Shown here: one piece after another, positions 9,020-18,902 of the stretch
Layout of the letters: each line of letters begins with the position of its first letter
How positions within the stretch are numbered: the first letter of the stretch is position 1
NCBI GenBank assembly: GCA_964579265.1
Contig: CAZOFO010000001.1
Location: forward strand, 46,115-110,114
From: Candidatus Micrarchaeota archaeon
Lineage (GTDB): Archaea > B1Sed10-29
Direction: 5' to 3'
DNA length: 64,000 nt
Translations under genes and position numbers: made by a program
The notes under the pieces: model-generated
Databases searched by the model: none
Seen by the model: the letters and a program-made list of their open reading frames with translations, nothing else
What the model was told of the DNA's origin: nothing

Positions 9020-9436
9020 TCATTCCCAACATACTATTAGTTTAGAACTAGTTTCAATTTCCCCTGGATCTCTAACTTCTATATTAAATTCCCATGCTTC
9101 TCCTGAAGAATTCAAAGGAGTCATAGCTTTATCTAAATCCACATCACAGTCTTCAGGTTCTGCTTCATCCCAATCAACATCTAATTCTATCCCCCTGGTT
9201 CTGCTTGATTTCTCCATTCTTTCAAACGATTTTTCAAATCTGGTGGTGTTATAGGGATCTGTCTTCACTAGGCTTATCATCTCTTTTTCAACGTTTTTTC
9301 TTACGGTTGTGGTGGGATTTGTTTCTATGTAATCGGATTTTCTCTCTAGTTCGAGGTGAGGAACAAAGGAAAGTATTCCTGATAGAGCAAATCCTATCAT
9401 TACTACAGTTATTATGAATAGCTGTCCTTTTTTCAT
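9020..9436 (-). CDS. small pilin-like protein with archaeal class III (type IV prepilin-like) signal peptide
   Basis: N-terminus MKKG|QLFIITVVMIGFAL is a short basic leader, Gly at -1 and a hydrophobic stretch. Overlaps the next gene in the pilus operon. Confidence 0.5.
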   Translation of the reverse strand: MKKGQLFIITVVMIGFALSGILSFVPHLELERKSDYIETNPTTTVRKNVEKEMISLVKTDPYNTTRFEKSFERMEKSSRTRGIELDVDWDEAEPEDCDVDLDKAMTPLNSSGEAWEFNIEVRDPGEIETSSKLIVCWE

Positions 9437-10191
9437 TTATTCCACACTCCTACTACTACTTTTTTCGGATCGTAGTTAGGTTTTACTCTGGTAATGTTTA
9501 GTTCGACTTTGTTGTAGGAAGTTTCTACATCGGGACCTAGAGTTACTTTGTATTCGTTTTCAGCGTCTGGCAGGTAGTCAGTTATATTTAATGTTTTCTC
9601 TTCTGATTCCTCTTCTGAAAAACTCAGTGTACCTGCTTCTATTTTTTCAGTTTCATTTTCCACTAGAATCGATGTTTCTCCTTCTCCAGTCTGTGTGGCT
9701 TCTACAATCAGGATATTTTTCTTTCCTCTTTCATTTTTATCTACATCGAATTTTACTTCTTCCTCTTCCCCCTCTGATAGTAATAAGTTCTCTATACCTG
9801 TTTTTACTGTATTTATATCTTCTTGAGTATGTGTATTTACTATGCAGCTGCTGGTGGCCACTGTTTTTTCCTCAGGAAATTCTCCGGATTTTCCAACTAA
9901 ATTTTGAAGATAGCTTCCGTTATATATTTTTACATTTGACCCTAAGCCTTTTGGAGTCAATCCTTCTATCTCCGGGACTTCCCCTTCCTCAACCAGGCTC
10001 TCTCTTATTAGGTTATTGTTACATAGTGATAGTGATATGCTTTCTGATTGTCTTTTTAACCTTGGTGTGTTGTAGGGGTCTGTATAGCTTGGTGTTGATG
10101 TGATTTGCACTGATGCTAGAAAAAGTGTCAATAGGTGTATTGCTAGAAATGCTTCTATTGTTCTTATTAATCCTTTTTTCATTTTTTTCAC
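9433..10191 (-). CDS. pilin-like protein with class III signal peptide (252 aa)
   Basis: N-terminus MKKMKKG|LIRTIEAFLAIHLLTLFL. Multiple N-x-S/T sequons. Lies in the pilus operon. Confidence 0.45.
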   Translation of the reverse strand: MKKMKKGLIRTIEAFLAIHLLTLFLASVQITSTPSYTDPYNTPRLKRQSESISLSLCNNNLIRESLVEEGEVPEIEGLTPKGLGSNVKIYNGSYLQNLVGKSGEFPEEKTVATSSCIVNTHTQEDINTVKTGIENLLLSEGEEEEVKFDVDKNERGKKNILIVEATQTGEGETSILVENETEKIEAGTLSFSEEESEEKTLNITDYLPDAENEYKVTLGPDVETSYNKVELNITRVKPNYDPKKVVVGVWNK

Positions 10192-10194
10192 CTA

Positions 10195-10680
10195 TTACCA
10201 TGTTTGAATTTCTATTTCAGATTCTCTATATTCTTCTCCTGTCCATATATAGCTTCTTGTTCTTTTTGTTCTTGCTCCTGCTGTTTCATTTGCTTGGCAT
10301 TTATATGTTTTATCGCTTTCTATTTCGCTTACTTTGATCTTTAAAGAAGTTTCTACAGGTATTTTTTCCTCTAGTTCACTGCATCTTGTCTGATTTATCT
10401 CTTCTAATTTTTGAAGGTCCAGGATATGTGGATTGTTCCCTTCTTCGTAGTACGTTAGTCCTAGTTCCTGAACTTGGTTTATGCTGCTCCAGTTTCTAGG
10501 TTTTCCAGGGTTTTGGGTAATTGTTTGAGATATTAATATATTTTCAATCTGGTCTGGATCTCTTTGAGTTCTTAAAGTATCTAAAGGATATGCTGAAGCT
10601 CGCATGGCTATTATATATCCTGTTATAAATATCATTACAGCTATTATGAAGTCATAGGTCATTATTCCTTTTTCATTCAT
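10195..10680 (-). CDS. pilin-like protein with class III signal peptide (161 aa)
   Basis: N-terminus MNEKG|IMTYDFIIAVMIFITGYIIA. In operon. Confidence 0.45.
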   Translation of the reverse strand: MNEKGIMTYDFIIAVMIFITGYIIAMRASAYPLDTLRTQRDPDQIENILISQTITQNPGKPRNWSSINQVQELGLTYYEEGNNPHILDLQKLEEINQTRCSELEEKIPVETSLKIKVSEIESDKTYKCQANETAGARTKRTRSYIWTGEEYRESEIEIQTW

Positions 10681-10716
10681 CTCTTGGTTTCCCCTCCTTC
10701 CTTAGATTTATTTTAT

Positions 10717-11958
10717 TTATCCTACAGGAGAACCAGCTGCCTGAGCATCTGGTGATTCTCCGATTATTATCTGATATTGGTTTTCCGGCATTGCTTTTAC
10801 TCTTGCTCCCACTGAAGAACTTTCTCTTACTTCTATTTTTTCTGCAGTAACGTCTAATTTGTTCTCTCTACAGGGTTCACAATTCATTTGCACGAAGATA
10901 ATATCTTCACTTTCTATATTTCTTAAGGGATCTATATCTTCTTCTGCTGCTATCTCTCTAACTTTTTCTGCTATTTCTTCGGTGGTTACGTCTTCTCCTA
11001 TTGTGTATACTGCTTGTCCTGATTCTTCGTCTACTGCTCCTGGAGCTATTACTGTTATTTCTTCTGATATTGATCTGGTGAATGGTGGTGGGGCTAGGAA
11101 GAATTGGAAAAGTATTGTGGTTATTATTACTAGTATGACGGAGTGTTTGACTCCTGAGAGTATTGATCCTTCTCCCATTTGACCTGCTATTAGTCCTGCG
11201 AAGAATCCTTGCACTAGTGATAAGTGGAAGAAGTAGGTTTGGAAGTCTTGTGGTGATAAGTCGGTGGGTGTACCTCCTACTACTTCTGCAGCCTGGTTGA
11301 GGTCTGGTGTTGCTGGTATAAAGGATACTGTAAGGGCTGCTATTATTCCTAGGAATAGGAAGAATATTAGGTATATTGATATGGTGTATACTCTTAATTT
11401 GCTTTCTCTCTGTTTTTTCATTCTTTCTATCGATTTTATGTCTCCTGCGACTGTTTTCAGGGCTTTTGCTATGTCTCCTCCTGATCTGTGGCTTTCTATT
11501 ATAACGGTTATTGCTTTTTTAGCTAGGTAGCTATCGTTTCTTTCTATGAATTTTTCCATGGCTTCTTCAAATGGTACTCCCCAGCTTATTTGGTTTGCTG
11601 TTTTTTCCATCTCTTCGGATAGTGCTCCGTAGCTTCCTTTTGTAGATGTTTCCAGAGCTTTTGGTAGAGTTAAGCCTGAGTTGATTGCTTCTGAAACGTC
11701 TCTTAGGTAGTCGGGGAGGTATTTTTCTATCTGTCTTATTCTTCTGTATTTCCAGTACCTGTAAAAAGTGTAGGGAAGTCCAATTAGCATTATTGAGAGT
11801 ATTGTTATTGTTTGGAAGTATTCTGTACCTGCTAGAGTTACTACTGACAATATTAGGGCTATCATTCCGATTATTGTTATAAGAATAGTTATTTTTTCAG
11901 TCCTCTCAAGGTCTTTTATTTCTCTTTTTAAAGATTTTTTAAATTCCATTTTTGACAC
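10717..11958 (-). CDS. type II secretion system F-domain membrane protein (TadC/FlaJ-like pilus assembly platform)
   Basis: Polytopic membrane protein with a T2SSF-like cytoplasmic domain (SYLAKKAITVIIESHRSGGDIAKAL). Confidence 0.6.
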   Translation of the reverse strand: MSKMEFKKSLKREIKDLERTEKITILITIIGMIALILSVVTLAGTEYFQTITILSIMLIGLPYTFYRYWKYRRIRQIEKYLPDYLRDVSEAINSGLTLPKALETSTKGSYGALSEEMEKTANQISWGVPFEEAMEKFIERNDSYLAKKAITVIIESHRSGGDIAKALKTVAGDIKSIERMKKQRESKLRVYTISIYLIFFLFLGIIAALTVSFIPATPDLNQAAEVVGGTPTDLSPQDFQTYFFHLSLVQGFFAGLIAGQMGEGSILSGVKHSVILVIITTILFQFFLAPPPFTRSISEEITVIAPGAVDEESGQAVYTIGEDVTTEEIAEKVREIAAEEDIDPLRNIESEDIIFVQMNCEPCRENKLDVTAEKIEVRESSSVGARVKAMPENQYQIIIGESPDAQAAGSPVG

Positions 11959-11967
11959 TTATTTTTA

Positions 11968-12864
11968 CTATGCTCCTGTTTCCGGTTTGCTTCCTTTTAA
12001 CATTATTATGAATAGTATTGATAGTATTGGGAGTAGAATATAGATTAATAAAGTAAATAGGTCTCTTAGAGGTATTGGTAGTCCTCCCATGGTTCCCATT
12101 ATAGTAATCATTATTACTGCGAGTACTGGTCCCGCTACGAATACGGTTGTGTATACTTCAGCCATTATTTCCAATGAATCTATGTATTCTCTTTGTTTAT
12201 CTTTGTGTTCTTCCATGTACTGGGTTGATTTTTCAAATAAGTAGTCTCTAGTGTTTCCTCCTGTTCTTTCTATTGATACTAGTCCCCATAACATATCTTT
12301 AAATTTCGGGGAAGGTGTTTGTCTTGCTGCTTCTGCTATTGCTGTGACTGTATCGTATCCGAATACTTCTATATTTCTTGATATTCTTTTGCATTCTTCT
12401 GATAGTTTTCCATATTCTTCGAATTCTCCTACTGTTTTGAAGACTTGGTATAGAGGTATTCCTGCTCCGGCTGTAGTTGCCATGTGTCCGGCAGCGTACG
12501 GGATGTGTTTTTCGATCTCTTCTCTTATCCTATCCAGACGGTACGAGGGGTATATAACGAAAGCTATGAACACTCCGGCTATATAGAGCATGGAAAGAGT
12601 TATTGTAAGTAGGGCTAGGATTATTCCTGTCATCTCCAGTATTTGTGTTAATAGAAAATAGAAGAAGGTTATTGCTAGGGGGGTGGTTATCATTATGGTG
12701 AATATTGCTGTTGATATGTATTCTTCTATTGTTACGTATATCCTGGCTCTTTGTAGTGTTGGTTTTAATGGTTTCATTGTGTCTTTGAGCCATTCTATAT
12801 CTAGTACTCCTATTTTTTTCATTATCTTATAGGCTAGGATCCTGTACTGTTTTGGAAGGAACAT
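11968..12864 (-). CDS. type II secretion system F-domain membrane protein (TadB/FlaJ-like)
   Basis: T2SSF-like region (IPLYQVFKTVGEFEEYGKLSEECKRISRNIEVFGYDTVTAI) flanked by TM helices. Confidence 0.6.
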   Translation of the reverse strand: MFLPKQYRILAYKIMKKIGVLDIEWLKDTMKPLKPTLQRARIYVTIEEYISTAIFTIMITTPLAITFFYFLLTQILEMTGIILALLTITLSMLYIAGVFIAFVIYPSYRLDRIREEIEKHIPYAAGHMATTAGAGIPLYQVFKTVGEFEEYGKLSEECKRISRNIEVFGYDTVTAIAEAARQTPSPKFKDMLWGLVSIERTGGNTRDYLFEKSTQYMEEHKDKQREYIDSLEIMAEVYTTVFVAGPVLAVIMITIMGTMGGLPIPLRDLFTLLIYILLPILSILFIIMLKGSKPETGA

Positions 12865-12865
12865 T

Positions 12866-14842
12866 TTATGTTTTCACTTCCTCTTCTTTTATTTTTTCCA
12901 TTAGTTTTTCAGGATTGCTCTGGTACTGTGCTATTACTTCTCCTACTTCTTCAAATCCTGTTATGTTGTTTTCCTGCATCCATTTTAGTATTGTAGCTCT
13001 TCTCTGCAGTTCTCTCCACATTTCTTCTTTTGATATTCCTTTTTCATCGGATATTTCTTTTAGTATATGGCTTTCTTCTGATACGAATTCGAAGTAATCG
13101 TCCGAGGGTACGTAAGTGAATAGTTCATTGGTTATTGGTTGTCCTGTGTCCATATCTACATCTACTACTTCTACCAGTGATTTTACTCTTCTTGCATCTA
13201 TTTTTTCTACTTTGGAAAATCCCAGTATTATTATCACATCGAGGTGTTGAAGCAGTCCAGGAGAGAGATTTATTGGTTCTGTTTTTAATCTGTTTATTAC
13301 TGCTTGTATGGAGTCTGCGTGCATTGTTGCGAATCCAGGGTGTCCTGTTGCCATTCCCTGGAACAGGTTGTATGCTTCTTCTCCTCTAACTTCTCCCACT
13401 ATTATATGGTCTGGTCTTTCTCTTAATCCTGCTTTTACTAGATCGAACATTGTTACTTCTCCTTGTTCTGTTTTTCCTTTTTTTCCTGTTTTTGTAGCTA
13501 TTTTGTTTATCCAGTGTTCGTGGGGAAGTCTAATTTCAGGTGTGTCTTCTATTGACACTATTTTACGGTCTCTTGGTATGAACATGCTTAGAGAGTTCAG
13601 CATTGATGTTTTTCCTGTTGCTGTTCCTCCGGATACTAGTACTGAGTTTTGATATTCTACTGCTACCCATATGTATGCTCCTATTATTGCTGGGACTGTT
13701 CCAAAGTTCAGTTGATCTATTATTGTGAGTGGTTCTTCTGTGAATTTTCTTATTGTAAATGTTGATCCTTTCATCGCAATTTCTTTTCCTGCTGAGTAGG
13801 TTGCTTGTAATCTGGATCCGTCTGGTAGTGCTCCTTGTAGTAATGGTTCCGATACTGATATGTGTTTCCCTGTTCTTTGAGCTAGTTTTGTAACGAATCT
13901 ATCTAGTTCATTACTGTCTTCATAGGTTACGTTTGTTTTTAGAGATCCATATCTTTTGTGGTATATGTATATTGGTATATTTTCTCCGTCGCATGAGATA
14001 TCTTCGATTGATTTATCGTGCATTAAAGGTTCTATTTTTTCTAGTCCTAAGAAGTCTCTGTATATGTAGTATAGAAGTTTATTGTATTGGTCTTGCGTTA
14101 TCTCTATTTCGTAATTCTTTATTATCCCGCTGAGTTTATCTTTTAGATATTCTCTCATTTCTTGTCTTTCTGTTGCTTCCATTAGGTTTACATCTAGTAG
14201 TTCTTTTAGAAGTCCTTTTATCTTCTCTAGTTTTTCTTTTTCTTCCTCAGTTAGTGGTGGTTCCAGTACGTCGTAGAGCAGTCTTTCTTCATCTTCGTTC
14301 CAGTGCAGTCTTGCGTATGCCCAGGGTTCTATTAATTCGTATCTTTCATCTACTTCTTCTAGTTTTGGTGGTTGCCAGGAAGGATTTATTTTTTCTGCTT
14401 TTACTTTTTCAGGTATGCTGAATAGTTCAGGTCCTCCTCTAACTTCTTGTATTGGTTTTACTCCTTCTTTTAGTCTTATTTTTCTAGTGACTTGTGGGAA
14501 TTCCCATACTTCTGGTTTTTGGAATTTTTTCTGTTCTTTTTCTTCTTCCTTTTTCTCTTTTGCAAAACCTCCTTTTATTTCTTTCTCTTTTAGTTTTTCT
14601 AATCTGGGTGATGTTCTCGTTTCAGGAGGTTCTCTTTTCTTAGTGGCTAGTTCTTCTTCTTTTGTTTCTTCTTTCATTCTTTCTCTTCTTTGGAATATGT
14701 TTTCTCTTTTCGGAGGTATTTCGGTTGGTTTTCTTTCTTTTCTTTCTTTGTTTTTTTCTTGTATTTTTTCAGCTGCTTTCTCGTGTTCTTCTTTTTCTTC
14801 TAATTTTTCTCCTGTTTTCTTTATTATGTCTTTAAGAGCCAC
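12866..14842 (-). CDS. type II/IV secretion-system ATPase (FlaI/TadA/VirB11 family) with ~170-aa K/E-rich N-terminal extension
   Basis: Walker A VSGGTATGKTSMLNSL, Asp box IVSIEDTPEI, Walker B/His box GEVRGEEAYNLFQGMATGHPGFATMHADS. The N-terminal third is low-complexity K/E/R repeats. Confidence 0.8.
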   Translation of the reverse strand: MALKDIIKKTGEKLEEKEEHEKAAEKIQEKNKERKERKPTEIPPKRENIFQRRERMKEETKEEELATKKREPPETRTSPRLEKLKEKEIKGGFAKEKKEEEKEQKKFQKPEVWEFPQVTRKIRLKEGVKPIQEVRGGPELFSIPEKVKAEKINPSWQPPKLEEVDERYELIEPWAYARLHWNEDEERLLYDVLEPPLTEEEKEKLEKIKGLLKELLDVNLMEATERQEMREYLKDKLSGIIKNYEIEITQDQYNKLLYYIYRDFLGLEKIEPLMHDKSIEDISCDGENIPIYIYHKRYGSLKTNVTYEDSNELDRFVTKLAQRTGKHISVSEPLLQGALPDGSRLQATYSAGKEIAMKGSTFTIRKFTEEPLTIIDQLNFGTVPAIIGAYIWVAVEYQNSVLVSGGTATGKTSMLNSLSMFIPRDRKIVSIEDTPEIRLPHEHWINKIATKTGKKGKTEQGEVTMFDLVKAGLRERPDHIIVGEVRGEEAYNLFQGMATGHPGFATMHADSIQAVINRLKTEPINLSPGLLQHLDVIIILGFSKVEKIDARRVKSLVEVVDVDMDTGQPITNELFTYVPSDDYFEFVSEESHILKEISDEKGISKEEMWRELQRRATILKWMQENNITGFEEVGEVIAQYQSNPEKLMEKIKEEEVKT

Positions 14843-15275
14843 AGTGATTCACCATCTCTATCTTTGTTTCTTCTGATCCTTCCTTGAATATTAAACATCT
14901 TTCACCTGGTGATACTTCTCCTGAAATATTTTTTTCACTGCATTTTATGTTTGTAGTTTCTATATTGTTTTCTGCGGGCATGTGAGTTTCCGTGTTTATC
15001 GTTATTTTTCCTTCTTGGCATTCTAATGAGGATGCGTATCCTGTTTCTATTCTTGGGAGGTTTAATTTTATTTCAGTGGTTTGATTAGTGTTTTCCATGG
15101 TTGATACTCCGTAATGTAGTTTTTTATTTATGTATTGATTTATTTCTTCTACTTTCTCTCTTATTCTTTGGTCTCTGGCATTTTGGGTTTGAGAGTGAAC
15201 TGTGAAGTAGGCTGTTATTAGTATTGTTCCCATTATCGCGTATCTTAGTGTTATTGTGGCTCCTAACGGTGGCAT
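14832..15275 (-). CDS. small protein with hydrophobic N-terminus (possible pilus accessory/minor pilin)
   Basis: 147-aa ORF overlapping the ATPase start by 11 nt. N-terminal hydrophobic segment; Cys pairs in the C-terminal half. Confidence 0.35.
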   Translation of the reverse strand: MPPLGATITLRYAIMGTILITAYFTVHSQTQNARDQRIREKVEEINQYINKKLHYGVSTMENTNQTTEIKLNLPRIETGYASSLECQEGKITINTETHMPAENNIETTNIKCSEKNISGEVSPGERCLIFKEGSEETKIEMVNHCGS

Positions 15276-15409
15276 CTTTATCCTTTTTTTGATTTTTTAT
15301 TTTCTTTTTCAAGTGTTTATTAATAATTAAATCAATAAATAAGTTTCCTTTAAATATTTCCTGTGTTTTTTCTTGAGTGTCTTGGAAATTTCTCTAGTTA
15401 TTATTTTCT

Positions 15410-17209
15410 CTAGCAGAAGTCAACGGATATTACTGGTTCGCCTTCTTCAGTTATTTCTTTCTTTTCGAGTACTACGGTCACTCTAGGACCGCTTCTTCCT
15501 TTTATACAGTTTCCTTCCCAGGTTAGGTTTGCATTTGGGTAACATAGTGTTACTTGTGCGGTTCCTGGAGCTCCTGCTGCTCCTGTGTATACTCGGGAAT
15601 GTTTTCCTATCTTTCTGTTTAGTAGTTCTTCTCTTTCGTTTCGTATGTATGTGGTTTCTTCTGTACATGTTTCCAGTATTTGTTCGACTTCATCTGGATT
15701 TTCAACTTCTAGTGTCATTGATTTTAGTACTGGTGTATTCCCTTGTTCTTCTGAGTCTAGCTTTATATCTAGTTGATATTGTTCGTGTTCTCTTTCCCAT
15801 GTCAGGTTGTATTCTTCTTCTCCATCGAGTTCCTGTGTATTGTTTTCTTCTCTTTCAGTTCCTGGTGATCCTGTGATATTTACTATTATATCTTCATCGT
15901 TTAATTCGTAATCTAGATCTACAAGGTTTGGTTGGGAACTTGCCATTGTTCTTGAATCCAGTTCAAGGTGTCCTGGGCTTTGTATCCCTGTATCTACTTC
16001 TAATTTCACTTCATCTATTTCTGGATAGTCTCCATTTACTAGTTTTGTTTCGAATTCCCATTCATATCCTTCGACTCTGTTTCCTTCTTCATCCACGAAT
16101 TCTGATCCGGATATAGTTTCTCCGGGACTCGTGGCGTTCACCCATACTGATTCCCACCACTCGTCATTTTCATCCTCTCTCCCTCTTACTCTATACTGTA
16201 TCTCTGTTTCCTCTGGAAGTTCTCCTTCCCACTCCAGTAACCCTATTCTAGGTTCTATGTCTAGATCAGTTTCGAATACTTCTGAATTGTAAGTTCCGCT
16301 ATCCGAGATATTCATGAATGTGTGGTTCATCCAATCTATTTCTACTCTGGCTTCGTGTCCTTCTTCCCTTTTTTCAGAATAATATTGGAAAATTATTTCT
16401 ACTTCTTCTCTTTCACTTACGTTTATTTGATCGGACCATGTTTCCCAATCCTCTTCTTCATCAGATTCATCTTCATGAATTTGTTTTCCATCTACAATAA
16501 CTCTTACTTCAGCATCTCTATAGAAAGGACCACCACTTCCTATTAATTTATATCTATATCCTAAAGTAATTTCTTCGAGGAATCTCACGCTTCTTGTTTC
16601 ATTGTAAAAAGTTTCCCATTCATCTGGTTCTCCTTCAGAAGGAGGTATTGAATCATTATGATGGACTGCTTCTTCAGAGAGGAGAGTTAATGTTTCGTTC
16701 TCAACTTCTGTGTAGTTGAATGTTCCGTTTTTCCATTCTTCTTCGCTTTCCACTATGAATTCGTCAAATTCTCTTTCCAGGGAGACTTCTCCGTCTCTTA
16801 TTGAGATATTCTGTTTTTCAGTATAGTTTTCCCAGTCTCCTTGGGTTTCCCAGGTTAACCTTGGTTTCCCTATCTCTTCCGGTGGAGAAATATGACCTAC
16901 AGTTGCTACGTCCTGCCGGAAAGAAAGTACTATCTTATTATTTTCTTCATCCAGTCTGATGTTCCCTTCAGGTAGATGCAGGGGAAATGTATTTCTAGCT
17001 CCTACTTCACTATTCAATATCCTTCTAAGTTCATAATCAAAACTTTCCATTTGATTAACGAGATTAATGTTTTTTGGACCGTCACCTAGTCTCTCTACAT
17101 GAGGGTAGGCCCAGAAATATGCTGCGGAAGTAGTTACGACTACGATCGCTATTAACATCACGTAAGATATTACAGGGGTTATTCCCTTTTTCATTTGCAA
17201 TTTAGACAC
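15410..17209 (-). CDS. large pilin-like / adhesin protein with archaeal class III signal peptide (599 aa)
   Basis: N-terminus MKKG|ITPVISYVMLIAIVVVTTSAAYF matches the archaeal pilin/archaellin leader (KG|I.PVI..V.LIAI). It is followed by a large acidic domain with many N-x-S/T sequons (NYT, NGT, NET, NIS, NHT, NAT, NLT). Confidence 0.6.
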   Translation of the reverse strand: MSKLQMKKGITPVISYVMLIAIVVVTTSAAYFWAYPHVERLGDGPKNINLVNQMESFDYELRRILNSEVGARNTFPLHLPEGNIRLDEENNKIVLSFRQDVATVGHISPPEEIGKPRLTWETQGDWENYTEKQNISIRDGEVSLEREFDEFIVESEEEWKNGTFNYTEVENETLTLLSEEAVHHNDSIPPSEGEPDEWETFYNETRSVRFLEEITLGYRYKLIGSGGPFYRDAEVRVIVDGKQIHEDESDEEEDWETWSDQINVSEREEVEIIFQYYSEKREEGHEARVEIDWMNHTFMNISDSGTYNSEVFETDLDIEPRIGLLEWEGELPEETEIQYRVRGREDENDEWWESVWVNATSPGETISGSEFVDEEGNRVEGYEWEFETKLVNGDYPEIDEVKLEVDTGIQSPGHLELDSRTMASSQPNLVDLDYELNDEDIIVNITGSPGTEREENNTQELDGEEEYNLTWEREHEQYQLDIKLDSEEQGNTPVLKSMTLEVENPDEVEQILETCTEETTYIRNEREELLNRKIGKHSRVYTGAAGAPGTAQVTLCYPNANLTWEGNCIKGRSGPRVTVVLEKKEITEEGEPVISVDFC

Positions 17210-17360
17210 CTTATTTAGGTTTGCATCTTCTGAAAATTTATATTTTATAACCTTCAGAATTATAAGTAACTAGATAAATAAAAGGGTTTAGTGGATAAAT
17301 AATTGGAAATTCATTTATACTGGAAGTTTTTTAAGTTTATCCAAGTGAACAGGATCAGAT

Positions 17361-18080
17361 ATGAGTGGACATAAGAATTCGATGATAGATAAAAGAAAAT
17401 CAGAAGGGAAAAAACTAAAGTCGATAGGCATAATACCTGACGGGAATAGAAGGTATGCTGAAAAAAATAATATCTCCTACAAGAAATCTTACCAGAAAGG
17501 GTTTGAAAAAGGTAAAGATGTTCTTAGATGGTGTAGAAAGCATCCTACGATAGAGAATGCAGTTATATATGCTCTTAGCACTGAAAATCTTTCTAGATCA
17601 GATGAAGAGCTAGAAGTCCTTATAGATCTTTATAAAGAAAATTTAGAAGATCTAGCTGAATCGGAAGAGATACATGATCACGAGATTAATGTTAAGATAA
17701 TAGGAAGAGAAGAACTGATTAAACCTATAGAAGAACAAGTTAAAAAAGTTGAAAAGGCAACTGAAGAATACCAGAACCATAAATTAAGAATAGCTATTGG
17801 ATACGGTAGTAGGTCTGAATTGATAGATGCTGTGTCCAGATTGAAACAGAAAGATAAAGAGATAAATGAATCGAATATTGAATCAGAACTCTACTCGGAT
17901 CTTAATCTTGATATGGTTATTAGAACAGGAGGATATCAGAGACTAAGTAACTTTCAACTATGGCAAGCTGCTTACGCTGAGTTATACTTTACTGATAAAT
18001 TATGGCCCGAATTTGATAAAGAAGAGTTTGAAAATTCGGTAAATTTCTACGAGGATACTAAGAGAAAGTTCGGCAGGTAA
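17361..18080 (+). CDS. uppS: cis-prenyltransferase (undecaprenyl/dehydrodolichyl diphosphate synthase family)
   Basis: Hallmark motifs IIPDGNRRYA and GGYQRLSNFQLWQAAYAELYF. Confidence 0.8.
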   Translation: MSGHKNSMIDKRKSEGKKLKSIGIIPDGNRRYAEKNNISYKKSYQKGFEKGKDVLRWCRKHPTIENAVIYALSTENLSRSDEELEVLIDLYKENLEDLAESEEIHDHEINVKIIGREELIKPIEEQVKKVEKATEEYQNHKLRIAIGYGSRSELIDAVSRLKQKDKEINESNIESELYSDLNLDMVIRTGGYQRLSNFQLWQAAYAELYFTDKLWPEFDKEEFENSVNFYEDTKRKFGR

Positions 18081-18092
18081 TATATCTATAAA

Positions 18093-18902
18093 TTATTCCT
18101 TTAGTCTAACTATCTTTTCTCTACCTTTCTTGGATCTGTCTATTTTTTCCTTTTTCTCTAGCTTGGTCAGTAATTCACTTGTTTTTGATGCGGAGAAACC
18201 TATTTTTTCCCTTATTTCAGATTGGTATGCTTCCCCTTCCATCTCTTTTAAGACTTCTAATACTTCTTCTTCATCGCTCTTAATTCTTTTCTCAGACTTA
18301 TCTCCTTCATCTTCTTTTGGACTTGAAGTGTAATCCTCTCCTTTTGCAGCTTCACTTCTTTTCTTTAGGAAATAAGTTAGAGAAATCATAACTGCAAGTA
18401 CCAGTATAGATAGATATATCACCAGGTCGCTGACTTCTTCCTCTCCAATTATTGGATCGTAATCTTCGTCTTCTTCTGGATCCGTAACGTTCTCTTCAGT
18501 CACATTATCCTCGATCAAGTAATCCTCAGGTGGGAGTATCTCCCCGTATTCGTCGTATTCAGGCAGAGGCTCTACAGGAAATATCTGTTCGGGATCAGGT
18601 GTCAATGCAAAGTCTATTGTTCTGGAATCGTTTTCAGCTAGAACCAGGTTTTCTGAAGCAGTTAAGTTATTGTAATGAACTTTAAATGTGTATTCTCCTT
18701 CTTCTAATTCTATAGAGTATCTTCCTGTTTCATTAAGAACCTCCTGGTGAGTTACTTCTTCTCCATTCACTTGTTCAGTCACTTGTATAATTGCAGGAAC
18801 TGTTTCCAGATCACTCCATCTATAAACCGTTCCACTAACTTCGGCTCCTATGCCAGTACCAATCAGGAGAGTTAAGATTAAAACTAAACTTATTTTTTTC
18901 AT
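18093..18902 (-). CDS. membrane-anchored winged-helix (HTH) protein: signal peptide + extracellular beta-rich domain + TM + cytoplasmic wHTH
   Basis: Signal peptide MKKISLVLILTLLIGTGIGA. CarboxypepD-regulatory-like segment (GRYSIELEEGEYTFKV). Acidic linker, then TM VIYLSILVLAVMISLTYFL. C-terminal AYQSEIREKIGFSASKTSELLTKLEKKEKIDRSKKGREKIVRL resembles MarR/TrmB-type wHTH. Confidence 0.5.
   Translation of the reverse strand: MKKISLVLILTLLIGTGIGAEVSGTVYRWSDLETVPAIIQVTEQVNGEEVTHQEVLNETGRYSIELEEGEYTFKVHYNNLTASENLVLAENDSRTIDFALTPDPEQIFPVEPLPEYDEYGEILPPEDYLIEDNVTEENVTDPEEDEDYDPIIGEEEVSDLVIYLSILVLAVMISLTYFLKKRSEAAKGEDYTSSPKEDEGDKSEKRIKSDEEEVLEVLKEMEGEAYQSEIREKIGFSASKTSELLTKLEKKEKIDRSKKGREKIVRLKE

Noticed and set aside
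9205-15876. Numerous plus-strand ORFs inside the pilus operon (9205-9417, 9591-10103, 10859-11182, 12251-12586, 13308-13652, 14415-14876, 15529-15876 and others)
   Set aside because: Low-complexity antisense shadows of the minus-strand genes; no independent support.
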